A DNA stretch of 41,156 bases, taken from NCBI GenBank assembly GCA_937914785.1, contig CALGIV010000079.1, positions 1 through 41,156 of the forward strand, written 5' to 3'. Made by a program: the position numbers and the translations under genes. The DNA comes from an uncultured Eubacteriaceae bacterium. Lineage in GTDB: Bacteria > Bacillota > Clostridia > Eubacteriales > UBA1433. Under the pieces are notes generated by a model. That model searched no databases and was not told the DNA's origin. It saw only the letters and a program-made list of their open reading frames with translations. Below are positions 1 through 8,819 of this stretch, piece after piece. The stretch's first letter is position 1; every line of letters starts with the position of its first letter.

Positions 1-892
1 TTATAACTTCACCCACATCGGCATAACCTTCGTCTGGATTATCATCTATATTTTTAGCCGCAAGTTCATTTTTCGACCGGTTTGTCAATGCCGGACCGAC
101 GATTGCCGGAATACGCTCACGATATAAAATCTCGATAATCTGATCGCCCTCGGTGCAGTGATCCAATGTGATGTCGATATCGAATTCCTTCGCGATGCGA
201 ATCGCCGTTAAAATATCATCCGCCCTGTGCGCATGCACTTTAAGCGGAATTTCTTTATTGATTACGGGCTGAAGCGCCTCCATCTTCATTTTCGTCGCCG
301 TCGAAAGGTTTGTCTTTGTACGCAGCTTTGAATAGCCTTTGGCTTCTATGAGCGTTTCTCGCAGCAGTGCGGCGATGGCCATTCTCGTAGCCGGCGCCTT
401 ATTTTGCTTCTTATACACGCGTTTCGGATTTTCGCCCAGTGCCGCCTTGATAGCCACAGGATTTTTAACCACCATATCATCCACACACCTGCCGTGCGTT
501 TTTAACAAGACAAACGATCCGCCCAGCACATTCGCGCTTCCGGGTCCGCTGGCAACCATCGTCACCCCGCCGGCCAATGCATCGGCAAAGGCTATATCCA
601 TCGGGTTAATCGCATCAATTGCGCGCAAGTGCGGCGTAATCGGCTCTGTGCTCTCATTCAAATCATCTCCTGCCTGCCCGATGGCTTCCTCTTCCATACC
701 GAGGTGGGTATGCGCATCGATAAGCCCCGGGAGCAGATAGCCGCCGCCAAGATCCACTTGCTGCGTACCGTCCGGCGCCAGAATGTCTTTTCCGATCGCT
801 TTTACCTTCCCTTTTACAACAAAAACCTTACCGTCTTTGATGATCTCTCCCGTCGACGTAAAAACATTACAGTTGCGAAATAACTTGACCAT
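1..892 (-). CDS. Metal-dependent amidohydrolase (imidazolonepropionase-like), 3' end outside window
   Basis: Not in the ORF track because it has no stop; translated by hand from ATG at 892: MVKLFRNCNVFT...LLPGLIDAHTHLG...GGVTMVASGPGSAN...VHAHRADD...TLDHCTEG. HxH metal motif and family-typical motifs are present. Confidence 0.9.
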   Translation of the reverse strand, partial: MVKLFRNCNVFTSTGEIIKDGKVFVVKGKVKAIGKDILAPDGTQQVDLGGGYLLPGLIDAHTHLGMEEEAIGQAGDDLNESTEPITPHLRAIDAINPMDIAFADALAGGVTMVASGPGSANVLGGSFVLLKTHGRCVDDMVVKNPVAIKAALGENPKRVYKKQNKAPATRMAIAALLRETLIEAKGYSKLRTKTNLSTATKMKMEALQPVINKEIPLKVHAHRADDILTAIRIAKEFDIDITLDHCTEGDQIIEILYRERIPAIVGPALTNRSKNELAAKNIDDNPDEGYADVGEVI

Positions 893-959
893 ACTGCCCT
901 CAAATCACATTTCATAGATTTTTATGACTTATAATGCGCACTTATTATAAATTTATAAA

Positions 960-988
960 ATTATATCATACCAAAACACATAAATCAA
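960..988 (-). promoter_or_regulatory. Sigma-A promoter for amidohydrolase
   Basis: Minus strand reads TTGATT-N17-TATAAT with TG extension. Confidence 0.6.
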
Positions 989-1056
989 TATTTCAGTCAT
1001 TCAGTAATTTCCAAGGCTTAAGTTCATCAAATCCGAGAGAATAAAAAATATTTGAT

Positions 1057-1074
1057 TTGTTAAAATAATAACAA
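1057..1074. promoter_or_regulatory. Rex operator upstream of nfnAB
   Basis: TTGTTAAAATAATAACAA is an 18-bp near-palindrome matching the clostridial Rex consensus TTGTTAANNNNTTAACAA with one mismatch. Confidence 0.7.
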
Positions 1075-1098
1075 GTCAAAACGTACCCATTGAGATAC

Positions 1099-1127
1099 TT
1101 GTATTTCCATAATTTTTATGCTATTGT
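1099..1127 (+). promoter_or_regulatory. Sigma-A promoter for nfnAB
   Basis: TTGTAT-N17-TATTGT with TG extension. Confidence 0.5.
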
Positions 1128-1217
1128 AAAAGTGATTGTTATTATTGTTTGATCATTTATTGATGATCACTGCCTAGCTTAATACTACATAACAATTAAC
1201 AAAGGAGTGATACAGCT

Positions 1218-2066
1218 ATGTACAAAATCACGTTTAAAAAGCGGCTGAACGAGCAGGTTGTCCAAATGGAGATCCTGGCACCGTTGGTCGCAAAAAAGGC
1301 GCAGCCGGGGCAGTTCATTATTCTTCGCGTAAACGAAGAAGGCGAGCGCATCCCGTTGACGATCGCCGGCTATGACAGAGAAAAGGGAACCGTACAGGTT
1401 ATTTTTCAAATCGTTGGAAAAACAACGTTATCGTTGTCACAAAAAGAGGAAGGCGAATTTATCAGCGATTTTGCCGGCCCGCTTGGTAAACCTTCGGAAA
1501 TCGAAGGGGTTCAAAAAGCCATTGTCGTCGGCGGTGGCCTGGGTACGGCGATTGCCTACCCTTATGCGAAAGCGCTGCATGATAACGGCGCTGAAGTCGA
1601 TATGATTGCCGGCTTTAAAACAAAAGACCTCGTCATTTTAGAAGATGAGATGAAGCGTGCCTGTACACGGCTGCATATTATGACGGATGACGGCAGTTAT
1701 GGCGGCAGCGGTATGGTTACCGTACGTTTAAAAGAATTGCTGGAAGAAGATAAAGAAAAGAACTCTTACGACCTTGTCGTTGCGATCGGCCCGCTGATTA
1801 TGATGAAGTTCTGTGCGCTGACGACAAAAGAATACGGCGTGAAAACTGTCGTGAGCCTGAACCCGATTATGATCGACGGTACCGGCATGTGCGGCGGTTG
1901 CCGCGTAACGGTCGGCGGCGAGACAAAGTTTGCCTGTGTCGACGGTCCGGAATTCGACGCGCACCAGGTCGATTTCGACGAAGCGATCCGACGAAGCGCA
2001 TTTTATAAAGAACAGGAAACGAAAGCTTATGAAGCACATAAATGCAGACTGGAGGAGATGCGCTAA
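1218..2066 (+). CDS. nfnA: NADH-dependent reduced ferredoxin:NADP+ oxidoreductase small subunit (PyrK-like FAD/NAD-binding, 2Fe-2S)
   Basis: ERIPLTIA, GPLG, VGGGLG, DGTGMCGGCR and FACVDGPEFD motifs; AAGGAG RBS. Confidence 0.92.
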   Translation: MYKITFKKRLNEQVVQMEILAPLVAKKAQPGQFIILRVNEEGERIPLTIAGYDREKGTVQVIFQIVGKTTLSLSQKEEGEFISDFAGPLGKPSEIEGVQKAIVVGGGLGTAIAYPYAKALHDNGAEVDMIAGFKTKDLVILEDEMKRACTRLHIMTDDGSYGGSGMVTVRLKELLEEDKEKNSYDLVVAIGPLIMMKFCALTTKEYGVKTVVSLNPIMIDGTGMCGGCRVTVGGETKFACVDGPEFDAHQVDFDEAIRRSAFYKEQETKAYEAHKCRLEEMR

Positions 2067-3457
2067 TGGCGAATATGTCTAAGACCAAATTACCGATACC
2101 GGAACAGGACCCGCTGGTTCGCAACAGCAACTTTGACGAAGTCGCCCTCGGCTATACGGAAGAGATGGCCGTCGAAGAAGCTGAGCGCTGCCTGAACTGC
2201 AAGAACAAGCCTTGCGAAGCCGGCTGTCCGGTCAATGTAAAAATTCCGGAGTTCATCACTCTGATTAAAGAAAATGACTTTGAAGGCGCTTATAAGAAGA
2301 TTAAGGAAACCAATTCTCTGCCCGCCGTCTGCGGACGCGTTTGCCCGCAGGAGACGCAATGCGAAGCGCTTTGCGTGCGCACAAAGAACGGTGAAAGCGT
2401 CGGCATCGGCCGGCTCGAGCGCTTTGCAGCAGACTGGTATATGAAAAATGTCGATGAAAAGGCGGAAAAACCGACGCCGAACGGGCATAAGGTCGCCGTC
2501 ATCGGTTCCGGCCCGGCCGGCCTGACTTGTGCGGGCGATTTGGTGCAACTGGGCTACGACGTGACGATTTTCGAAGCATTCCACAAAAGCGGCGGCGTAC
2601 TCGTATATGGCATTCCGGAGTTCCGATTGCCCAAAGCAATCGTGCAGGCGGAAATCGACAAGCTGCTGGAACTCGGCGTCAAACTTGAAACGAACGTGCT
2701 CGGCGGTAAGGTCATTACCGTCGATGAACTGTTTGAACAGGGATACGAAGCAATTTTCCTCGGCACAGGCGCAGGCCTGCCGATGTTTATGAACATTCCC
2801 GGCGAAAACTATAATGGTGTCTATTCAGCCAATGAGTTTTTAACGCGCATCAATTTGATGAAAGCGTACCGCGGCGACTACGATACGCCGATCGGCGTTT
2901 TCAAAAATGTCGCCGTCGTCGGCGGCGGCAATGTCGCGATGGACTCTGCCCGCTGCGCGAAGCGCCTCGGCGCGGAAAACGTCTATATCGTCTACCGTCG
3001 AAGCGAAGTTGAGATGCCGGCAAGGCTTGAAGAAGTACATCACGCCAAAGAAGAGGGTATCATCTTTAAAATCCTGTGTAATCCTGTTGAAATCCTGGCC
3101 GATGACCGTGGCTATGTCGATGGTATCCGCTGTATTGAAATGGAATTGGGTGAGCCGGATGACTCCGGCAGAAGGCGCCCTGTCCCAAAGGAAGGCAGCG
3201 AGTTTGAGCTCGAGGTCGATTGTGTCGTGATGGCGATCGGTACATCGCCAAATCCGATTATGAAAGACAACACACCGGGTCTTGAAGTCAATCGCAGGGG
3301 TTGTATCGTTGCAGATGAGAGCACCGGCCAGACGTCACTTGAGGGCGTGTATGCAGGTGGAGATGCCGTGACCGGCGCCGCGACTGTCATCCTGGCAATG
3401 GGCGCAGGCAAAGATGCCGCAAAAGCAATGGATGAATATATTCGGTCTAAAAAATAA
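2066..3457 (+). CDS. nfnB: NfnB large subunit (often annotated as homotetrameric NADPH glutamate synthase GltA)
   Basis: RCLNCKNKPCEAGCP, CGRVCPQETQCE, GSGPAG and GGGNVAMD motifs. Start re-called to ATG 2066 (TAATG overlap with nfnA, GGAGG RBS). Confidence 0.92.
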   Translation: MANMSKTKLPIPEQDPLVRNSNFDEVALGYTEEMAVEEAERCLNCKNKPCEAGCPVNVKIPEFITLIKENDFEGAYKKIKETNSLPAVCGRVCPQETQCEALCVRTKNGESVGIGRLERFAADWYMKNVDEKAEKPTPNGHKVAVIGSGPAGLTCAGDLVQLGYDVTIFEAFHKSGGVLVYGIPEFRLPKAIVQAEIDKLLELGVKLETNVLGGKVITVDELFEQGYEAIFLGTGAGLPMFMNIPGENYNGVYSANEFLTRINLMKAYRGDYDTPIGVFKNVAVVGGGNVAMDSARCAKRLGAENVYIVYRRSEVEMPARLEEVHHAKEEGIIFKILCNPVEILADDRGYVDGIRCIEMELGEPDDSGRRRPVPKEGSEFELEVDCVVMAIGTSPNPIMKDNTPGLEVNRRGCIVADESTGQTSLEGVYAGGDAVTGAATVILAMGAGKDAAKAMDEYIRSKK

Positions 3458-3469
3458 ATAACTGTAAAT

Positions 3470-3526
3470 AAAGAGTTGTTATAAAGGCGATAAAACCTGC
3501 CTGTAAATAATGGCTCTTTTTTTATT
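3470..3526 (+). terminator. Intrinsic terminator after nfnB
   Basis: AAAGAGTTGTTAT...ATAATGGCTCTTT stem (with G-U pairs) followed by a T tract. Confidence 0.65.
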
Positions 3527-3679
3527 GTCCAGATGTTCAGGCGCCCTGTTGTTTCATCGTTTGACTTTATGCTTTTTGCTGCAAAAAAGCACAAAAAATT
3601 CGGTGAATAAGCAATGAAAGAAAGACAGGTTTTGGATTGATAACAGGAGAGTTATCACAATGATATTGGAGTTTTGTAT

Positions 3680-3820
3680 TTAAAACCAATCTACTATGCC
3701 AGAGATAGATAGATCATCGTTTCTTTTTCTATGCTTTGTGTTTCCAATTCTCTTGCGCCTTTCCTGCAGGTGAAAAGTACGAAGAAAACAGAGAATAAAC
3801 AGTACAGAAAAACCGAACAT
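3680..3820 (-). CDS. Candidate 46-aa small membrane peptide
   Basis: MFGFSVLFILCFLRTFHLQERRKRIGNTKHRKRNDDLSISGIVDWF. Its ATG overlaps the TAA of an upstream 8-codon ORF that has a GGAGG RBS. Confidence 0.35.
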   Translation of the reverse strand: MFGFSVLFILCFLRTFHLQERRKRIGNTKHRKRNDDLSISGIVDWF

Positions 3821-3937
3821 TAAACTGACAACATAACACCTACCATAATGACCTCCCAACCAACTACTTTCAAATACTCAGCAATAACATCTAAACTTGA
3901 TTACATAAGGAGATGACTCCAAAAGATATAGCGTTAC

Positions 3938-3972
3938 AAAATAAAAAAGACCTTCTTTTCAGAAAGTCTTTT
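3938..3972 (-). terminator. Intrinsic terminator after rpsI
   Basis: Minus strand AAAAGACTTTCT-GAAA-AGAAGGTCTTTTTTATTTT. Confidence 0.8.
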
Positions 3973-3987
3973 AAGCAATCTTGTTGA

Positions 3988-4374
3988 TTAACGTTTGGAG
4001 AACTGCGGTGCTCTTCTGGCTTTTTTAAGCCCATACTTCTTACGCTCGATCATTCTGGAGTCGCGCGTTAAGTAACCGGCTTTCTTTAACTCCGCCTTCA
4101 ACGTCTCGTCCGCCAACACCAGCGCACGCGAAATGCCATGACGAATCGCACCGGCCTGACCGGTAAATCCGCCGCCTTTTACGCTAACGATCACATCAAA
4201 CTTATTTTGCGTATCCGTCAGGCTGAGAGGCTGCCTTGCAACAACTTTCAACGTTTCCATACCAAAGTAGTCGTCGATATCTCTTTTATTGATTCTAAAA
4301 CCACCATTGCCCGGCCGCAGAATTACTTTTGCAACGGATGTCTTTCTGCGGCCTGTAGCCATATATTGTTCCAT
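3988..4374 (-). CDS. rpsI: 30S ribosomal protein S9
   Basis: TGRRKTS...[14 protein letters not shown]...PQFSKR. Confidence 0.99.
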   Translation of the reverse strand: MEQYMATGRRKTSVAKVILRPGNGGFRINKRDIDDYFGMETLKVVARQPLSLTDTQNKFDVIVSVKGGGFTGQAGAIRHGISRALVLADETLKAELKKAGYLTRDSRMIERKKYGLKKARRAPQFSKR

Positions 4375-4391
4375 ATTCTACCTCTCCTTTC

Positions 4392-4835
4392 TTAAGCCTT
4401 TATTTCCAGTTTTTCAGGCTTCTGCGCCTGATGTGGGTGCTCGCTGCCGGCATATACTTTCAACTTGCGATACATCTGCCTGCCGAGCGTATTCTTCGGC
4501 AACATCCCGCGAACTGCTTTTTCTACAACGAAAGCGGGCTTTTTCTCCATCAGGTGACGATACTTCGTCGCCTTCAATCCACCCGGATACCCGGAATGTC
4601 TGTAATAAATCTTTTGATCCAGCTTTTTGCCGGTCAACACTACTTTATCTGCATTTATGATGATTACAAAATCGCCGGTATCGACATGAGGCGTGTAGCA
4701 GGGCTTATGCTTTCCACGCAGGATGGTTGCGACCTGCGTAGCCATACGGCCAAGCGTCAGGCCTTCCGCGTCTACCACGTACCATTTTCTTTCGATCTCA
4801 GCCGGTTTTGCAACTGCTGTCGATTTCGTCAACAT
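4392..4835 (-). CDS. rplM: 50S ribosomal protein L13
   Basis: RKWYVVDA...LRGKHKP...HSGYPGG. Start re-called to ATG 4835 after GGAGG. Confidence 0.99.
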   Translation of the reverse strand: MLTKSTAVAKPAEIERKWYVVDAEGLTLGRMATQVATILRGKHKPCYTPHVDTGDFVIIINADKVVLTGKKLDQKIYYRHSGYPGGLKATKYRHLMEKKPAFVVEKAVRGMLPKNTLGRQMYRKLKVYAGSEHPHQAQKPEKLEIKA

Positions 4836-4861
4836 GGATCTTATCCTCCGAAATAATTGGT

Positions 4862-4897
4862 ATTTATGACATTCCCGGGGCATTGGGAATATATAAT
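4862..4897 (-). ncRNA. L13 ribosomal protein leader (cis-regulatory hairpin)
   Basis: Hairpin ATTCCC-AATGCCCC-GGGAAT containing the GCCCCGG core typical of Firmicute L13 leaders, between the promoter and rplM. Confidence 0.65.
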
Positions 4898-4907
4898 GCT
4901 AAATGTT

Positions 4908-4936
4908 ATTTTATAATTTTAAACTTATGTTGTCAA
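4908..4936 (-). promoter_or_regulatory. Sigma-A promoter for rplM-rpsI
   Basis: TTGACA-N17-TAAAAT; the -35 box contains the truA TGA stop. Confidence 0.85.
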
Positions 4937-5694
4937 TCTTTTTCTTTTAAAATTGCGTCATCGTAGACGACTTCTTTCAAATACAGCCCTTGTGGCGGCA
5001 ACGTCGCACCGGCTAAGGTTCTGTCTTTGCGCGCAATAATGCTTTTCACCACTTCGGGCTCAATCTTTCCATTACCGACATAAAGAAGCGTACCGGCAAT
5101 AATGCGCACCATATTGTATAAAAAGCCGTTGCCGCACACCGTAATCTCAATCAAGTCCTCTTTTTTTTCGACCTGAAGCGTATACAGCTGCCGCACCGTC
5201 GTCTTGCTCTGTGAGCCCGTGGCCATAAAAGCCACAAAATCATGCTCACCGATAAAATGTCTGGCCGCGCGGCGCATTTTCTCGATATCCAACAACATCG
5301 GATAAAAATAGACGTATTTTCGCTGCAGCGCCGATGGCAACGGCCTGTTAAGAATCTTGTAAACATACGTCTTCTCTCTGGCAGAAAAACGACTTGAAAA
5401 TGTCTCTGCGCGCTCATATGCCGCCGTTACGACAATATCCTCAGGTAATACCGAGTTCAGCGCGTACGGCATTCTGCGCGTCGGAATCGTACATTGAGTA
5501 AAGAAGTTTGCACTCTGTGCACAGGCGTGCACACCCGCATCCGTCCGCCCGGCCGCCGTCAGCCTGATCGCTTCGCCCGTCAGGCGAAAGAGCGCTTCTT
5601 CAAGACACTGCTGCACAGTAGTGCCGTTCTGCTGCCGCTGCCACCCACAGTAAGCACTGCCGTCATATTCTACAATGATCTGAACATTCCGCAC
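4933..5694 (-). CDS. truA: tRNA pseudouridine(38-40) synthase
   Basis: YDGS..GWQ.Q, AGRTDAGVHA and GFLYNMVRII motifs; GTG start. Confidence 0.98.
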   Translation of the reverse strand: MRNVQIIVEYDGSAYCGWQRQQNGTTVQQCLEEALFRLTGEAIRLTAAGRTDAGVHACAQSANFFTQCTIPTRRMPYALNSVLPEDIVVTAAYERAETFSSRFSAREKTYVYKILNRPLPSALQRKYVYFYPMLLDIEKMRRAARHFIGEHDFVAFMATGSQSKTTVRQLYTLQVEKKEDLIEITVCGNGFLYNMVRIIAGTLLYVGNGKIEPEVVKSIIARKDRTLAGATLPPQGLYLKEVVYDDAILKEKD

Positions 5695-5704
5695 ATCTGC
5701 ATCC

Positions 5705-6709
5705 TCACCGTATCGGAATTTTTAACAGCGGTAAAAAACGGCTGGCAATAATTAAGACTGCCATCGCCAACGTCAGTAAATACGCCTTTTTATCCGCCGG
5801 CGAATAGTGCAATTCCTTTAAGCGCGTGCGGTTATTCCCACCGCGATAACATCGCGCATCCATCGCCATCGCCAACTCATCCGCTCGTTTAAACGAACTG
5901 ATAAACAACGGAACGAGAATCGGCACAACATTCCTGGCCTTTTCAAAAATACCGCCCGTTTCAAAATCCGCTCCACGTGCCTTTTGTGCTTTCATAATTT
6001 TATCGGCTTCTTCCATCAGCGTCGGGATAAAGCGCAGCGCGATCGTCATCATCATCGACAACTCGTGTGCATAACCGCGCAAGCCCGGCACGCGCCGCAT
6101 ACAATATTCCATTCCGTCGGTTAAAGCGATCGGCGTCGTCGTCAATGTCATAATAGACGCACCGATAATCAGCATCAACAAGCGCAGCGCCATAAACAGC
6201 GCGTTGATCAACCCTGCATCCGTGAGGTTCAGCGGCCCAAATGTAAACAGCTTCTTACCCGGCAGGCAAAAAAGCACTGCGCAGGCAAGAACGAACATAA
6301 AAAAGACCCATCTGCCGCTCTTAAAAGGCTTTTTCTTTTTAATCAGGCCGATCAAGTAGACTGCCGCAACGAAAAAGGCCACCGCGACAATTAAACTTAA
6401 AACGGATGCCGTCCAAGGCCCTATAACGAGCAACGTGTTGCCCGGCGTTACAAAAACATTTAAAATAACCGTGATCGCAACGATAATCATAATCGTCCGC
6501 AGGCTTCTTAAGACTGCGCGCAGCGGAATCTTCGACAGCGCGATTACCGCCGCTAAAAAGGCGGCTGCCACCGCATAACCGACGATGTTATTGGCGAAAA
6601 ACAGGATGATAATATAGCCGAACGTATAGATGATTTTCGTACGCGGATCCAGTCGGTGAATGACGGAATCGACAGGATAATATTGCCCGATCGTCACATC
6701 TTTAAACAT
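5705..6709 (-). CDS. ecfT: ECF transporter transmembrane component T (with an internal insertion)
   Basis: GQYYPVDSVIHRLDPRTK, IALRFIPTL, AQKARG and MDARCY motifs. Start re-called to ATG 6709 (334 aa). Confidence 0.95.
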   Translation of the reverse strand: MFKDVTIGQYYPVDSVIHRLDPRTKIIYTFGYIIILFFANNIVGYAVAAAFLAAVIALSKIPLRAVLRSLRTIMIIVAITVILNVFVTPGNTLLVIGPWTASVLSLIVAVAFFVAAVYLIGLIKKKKPFKSGRWVFFMFVLACAVLFCLPGKKLFTFGPLNLTDAGLINALFMALRLLMLIIGASIMTLTTTPIALTDGMEYCMRRVPGLRGYAHELSMMMTIALRFIPTLMEEADKIMKAQKARGADFETGGIFEKARNVVPILVPLFISSFKRADELAMAMDARCYRGGNNRTRLKELHYSPADKKAYLLTLAMAVLIIASRFLPLLKIPIR

Positions 6710-7568
6710 CGCGACCCCTCCTTTGGAGGACCTTTTCGACTTCTTCAACTGCCTTTTCCACACTGAAAATATCAGTGTCAACATCAAAGCCTTTTTCCTT
6801 CAGCGCCTGCATCAAATAAGTAATTTCCGGCGCGCGCAGGCCAATTTCGTGCAGCCTTTCCGTCTGGGCAAAGATTCTCTGCGGCACATCATCCATCACC
6901 TTTTGCGCATTGCACATCACGATGATACGGTCTGCCATCGCCGCCACATCTTCCATATTATGAGAGACGAGCACGACGGACATCTCTCCATCTCTATGCA
7001 TCTGCTTAATGCCGCGCAGAATCGCACTGCGTCCCATCGGATCCAACCCCGAAGTCGGCTCGTCCAACACGAGCACTTCCGGCTTCATCGCCAACACGCC
7101 GGCGATCGCCACGCGACGCATCTGCCCACCGGAAATATCAAAGGGTGAGCGGTCTTTATACTTTTCAAAATCGAGCTCTGTCAGCGCCATCGCATAGCGT
7201 ACCCGCGCGTCGATTTCCTCTTCATCAAGCCCCATGTTCTTTGGGCCGTACGCGATATCTTTGTAAATCGTCTCTTCAAACAACTGATGCTCCGCATATT
7301 GAAACACCAAGCCGACACGCTGGCGAATATGCACCATTCTTACGTCTTTATCTGCGATATCGACACCGTCGATCAATACCGTACCACTGGTCGGCAGCAG
7401 CAGGCCGTTTAAATGCTGAATCAAGGTCGATTTGCCACTACCTGTGTGACCAATAATACCGATAAACTCATTCTTCCCGATGGATAAATGAATATCTTTT
7501 AATGCCGTAAATTCGAAGGGCGATCCTTCAGCATAAATGTGGCTGACGTTTACTAATTGTACTGACAT
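6702..7568 (-). CDS. ecfA2: ECF transporter ATPase A2
   Basis: GHTGSGKST, SPFDISGGQMRRVAIAG, LDEPT. Start re-called to ATG 7568. Confidence 0.95.
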   Translation of the reverse strand: MSVQLVNVSHIYAEGSPFEFTALKDIHLSIGKNEFIGIIGHTGSGKSTLIQHLNGLLLPTSGTVLIDGVDIADKDVRMVHIRQRVGLVFQYAEHQLFEETIYKDIAYGPKNMGLDEEEIDARVRYAMALTELDFEKYKDRSPFDISGGQMRRVAIAGVLAMKPEVLVLDEPTSGLDPMGRSAILRGIKQMHRDGEMSVVLVSHNMEDVAAMADRIIVMCNAQKVMDDVPQRIFAQTERLHEIGLRAPEITYLMQALKEKGFDVDTDIFSVEKAVEEVEKVLQRRGRDV

Positions 7569-8392
7569 ATCGCCTCCACCATCTCTTCCGTCGTAAGGAT
7601 ATCGCACGGCATTTGAAAGCCTTGTTTATTCAATAAATAAGATAATTCCGTCACTTTCGGCACGTCCAGGCGCAGCTCACGCATCTTTTCTACCTGGCAA
7701 AATATCTCCCGCGGCTTGCCTTCCATCGCAATCTGCCCCTTCTGAAGAACGATGACCCGGTCGGCATCGACGATTTCATCCATAAAATGCGTAATATAAA
7801 CAACCGTCGTCTTATTCTGACGGTTCAATTGTTTAACACAGGATAGCACTTCATCGCGCCCGATCGGATCCAGCATCGCCGTCGCTTCATCAAAAATAAT
7901 GCATTTCGGCTGCATGGCGAGAATGCCTGCAATCGCGATGCGTTGTTTTTGCCCACCGGAAAGCTGGTGCGGCTTGCGGTCTTTATAATCCCCCATACGC
8001 ACGATATCAAGCGCCTTATCGATGCGCATACGAATTTCATCCGGCGCAACGCCTAAATTCTCCGGTCCGAACGCCACATCTTCCTCGACGACGGTCGCCA
8101 CAATCTGATTATCCGGATTCTGAAACACGATACCGGCACTCTGGCGAATATCCCAGATTTTCTCCTCATCTTTCGTATTCATACCGTATACGAAAATATC
8201 GCCGCTGGTCGGTTTCATAATACCGTTCATCATTTTCGCCAGCGTACTCTTTCCTGAACCATTATGCCCAATAATTGCTAAAAACTCCCCTTCGTAAACA
8301 TCAAAGGAAGTTTTATATATCGCCGTTAAGCGCTCTTCTTCATTTGTCACATATTCGTATACGATATCGCATACTTCAATTGCCTTTTGCAT
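7553..8392 (-). CDS. ecfA1: ECF transporter ATPase A1
   Basis: GHNGSGKST, FQNPDNQIV, LSGGQKQR, FDEATAMLDP. Start re-called to ATG 8392 after AGGAG. Confidence 0.95.
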   Translation of the reverse strand: MQKAIEVCDIVYEYVTNEEERLTAIYKTSFDVYEGEFLAIIGHNGSGKSTLAKMMNGIMKPTSGDIFVYGMNTKDEEKIWDIRQSAGIVFQNPDNQIVATVVEEDVAFGPENLGVAPDEIRMRIDKALDIVRMGDYKDRKPHQLSGGQKQRIAIAGILAMQPKCIIFDEATAMLDPIGRDEVLSCVKQLNRQNKTTVVYITHFMDEIVDADRVIVLQKGQIAMEGKPREIFCQVEKMRELRLDVPKVTELSYLLNKQGFQMPCDILTTEEMVEAICQYN

Positions 8393-8408
8393 TGCTGTAC
8401 TCCTGAAT

Positions 8409-8442
8409 GAAGAAAAGAGGGAGTGCCTACTCCCTTTCTTTT
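8409..8442 (-). terminator. Terminator overlapping the rplQ stop codon
   Basis: Minus strand GGGAGT-AGGC-ACTCCC followed by TCTTTTCTT. Confidence 0.7.
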
Positions 8443-8804
8443 CCAAACTCTATCTTGTCTTTTTCCGTAAGCCTTAAAATAGCCATTTCGGCGCCGTCTC
8501 CCGGCCTCGGGCCAAGCTTGAAAATCTGCACATAACCGCCTTGACGGTCTTTGTATACAGGCGCAATATCGTTAAACAAACTGATTACAACCGATCTGTC
8601 CGTAATATAGCCAAGCGCCTGTCGCTTTGTATGCAGCGTATTTTTCTTGCCGAGTGTAATCATTTTTTCTGTGATTCTGCCCGTTTCCTTCGCGCGGTCC
8701 AGCGTCGTCTTGATCTCCCCATATCTGAGGACATCCGTTACCTGGCCTCTCAGCATCGCTCTGCGCTGATTGGAAGGGCGCCCTAACTTCTTATATCCTG
8801 CCAC
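8427..8804 (-). CDS. rplQ: 50S ribosomal protein L17
   Basis: KKLGRPSNQRRAMLR...IKTT...RPGDGAEMA. Confidence 0.98.
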   Translation of the reverse strand: MAGYKKLGRPSNQRRAMLRGQVTDVLRYGEIKTTLDRAKETGRITEKMITLGKKNTLHTKRQALGYITDRSVVISLFNDIAPVYKDRQGGYVQIFKLGPRPGDGAEMAILRLTEKDKIEFGKERE

Positions 8805-8819
8805 TATGATCCCTCCTGT

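Noticed and set aside
339..883. Plus-strand ORFs 339-740 and 629-883
   Set aside because: They are antisense shadows of the amidohydrolase, with no RBS or motifs.
3638..3683. Palindrome TGATAAC-AGGAGA-GTTATCA followed by a 7-codon plus-strand ORF
   Set aside because: Too short to support, and the spacing does not match a Fur box.
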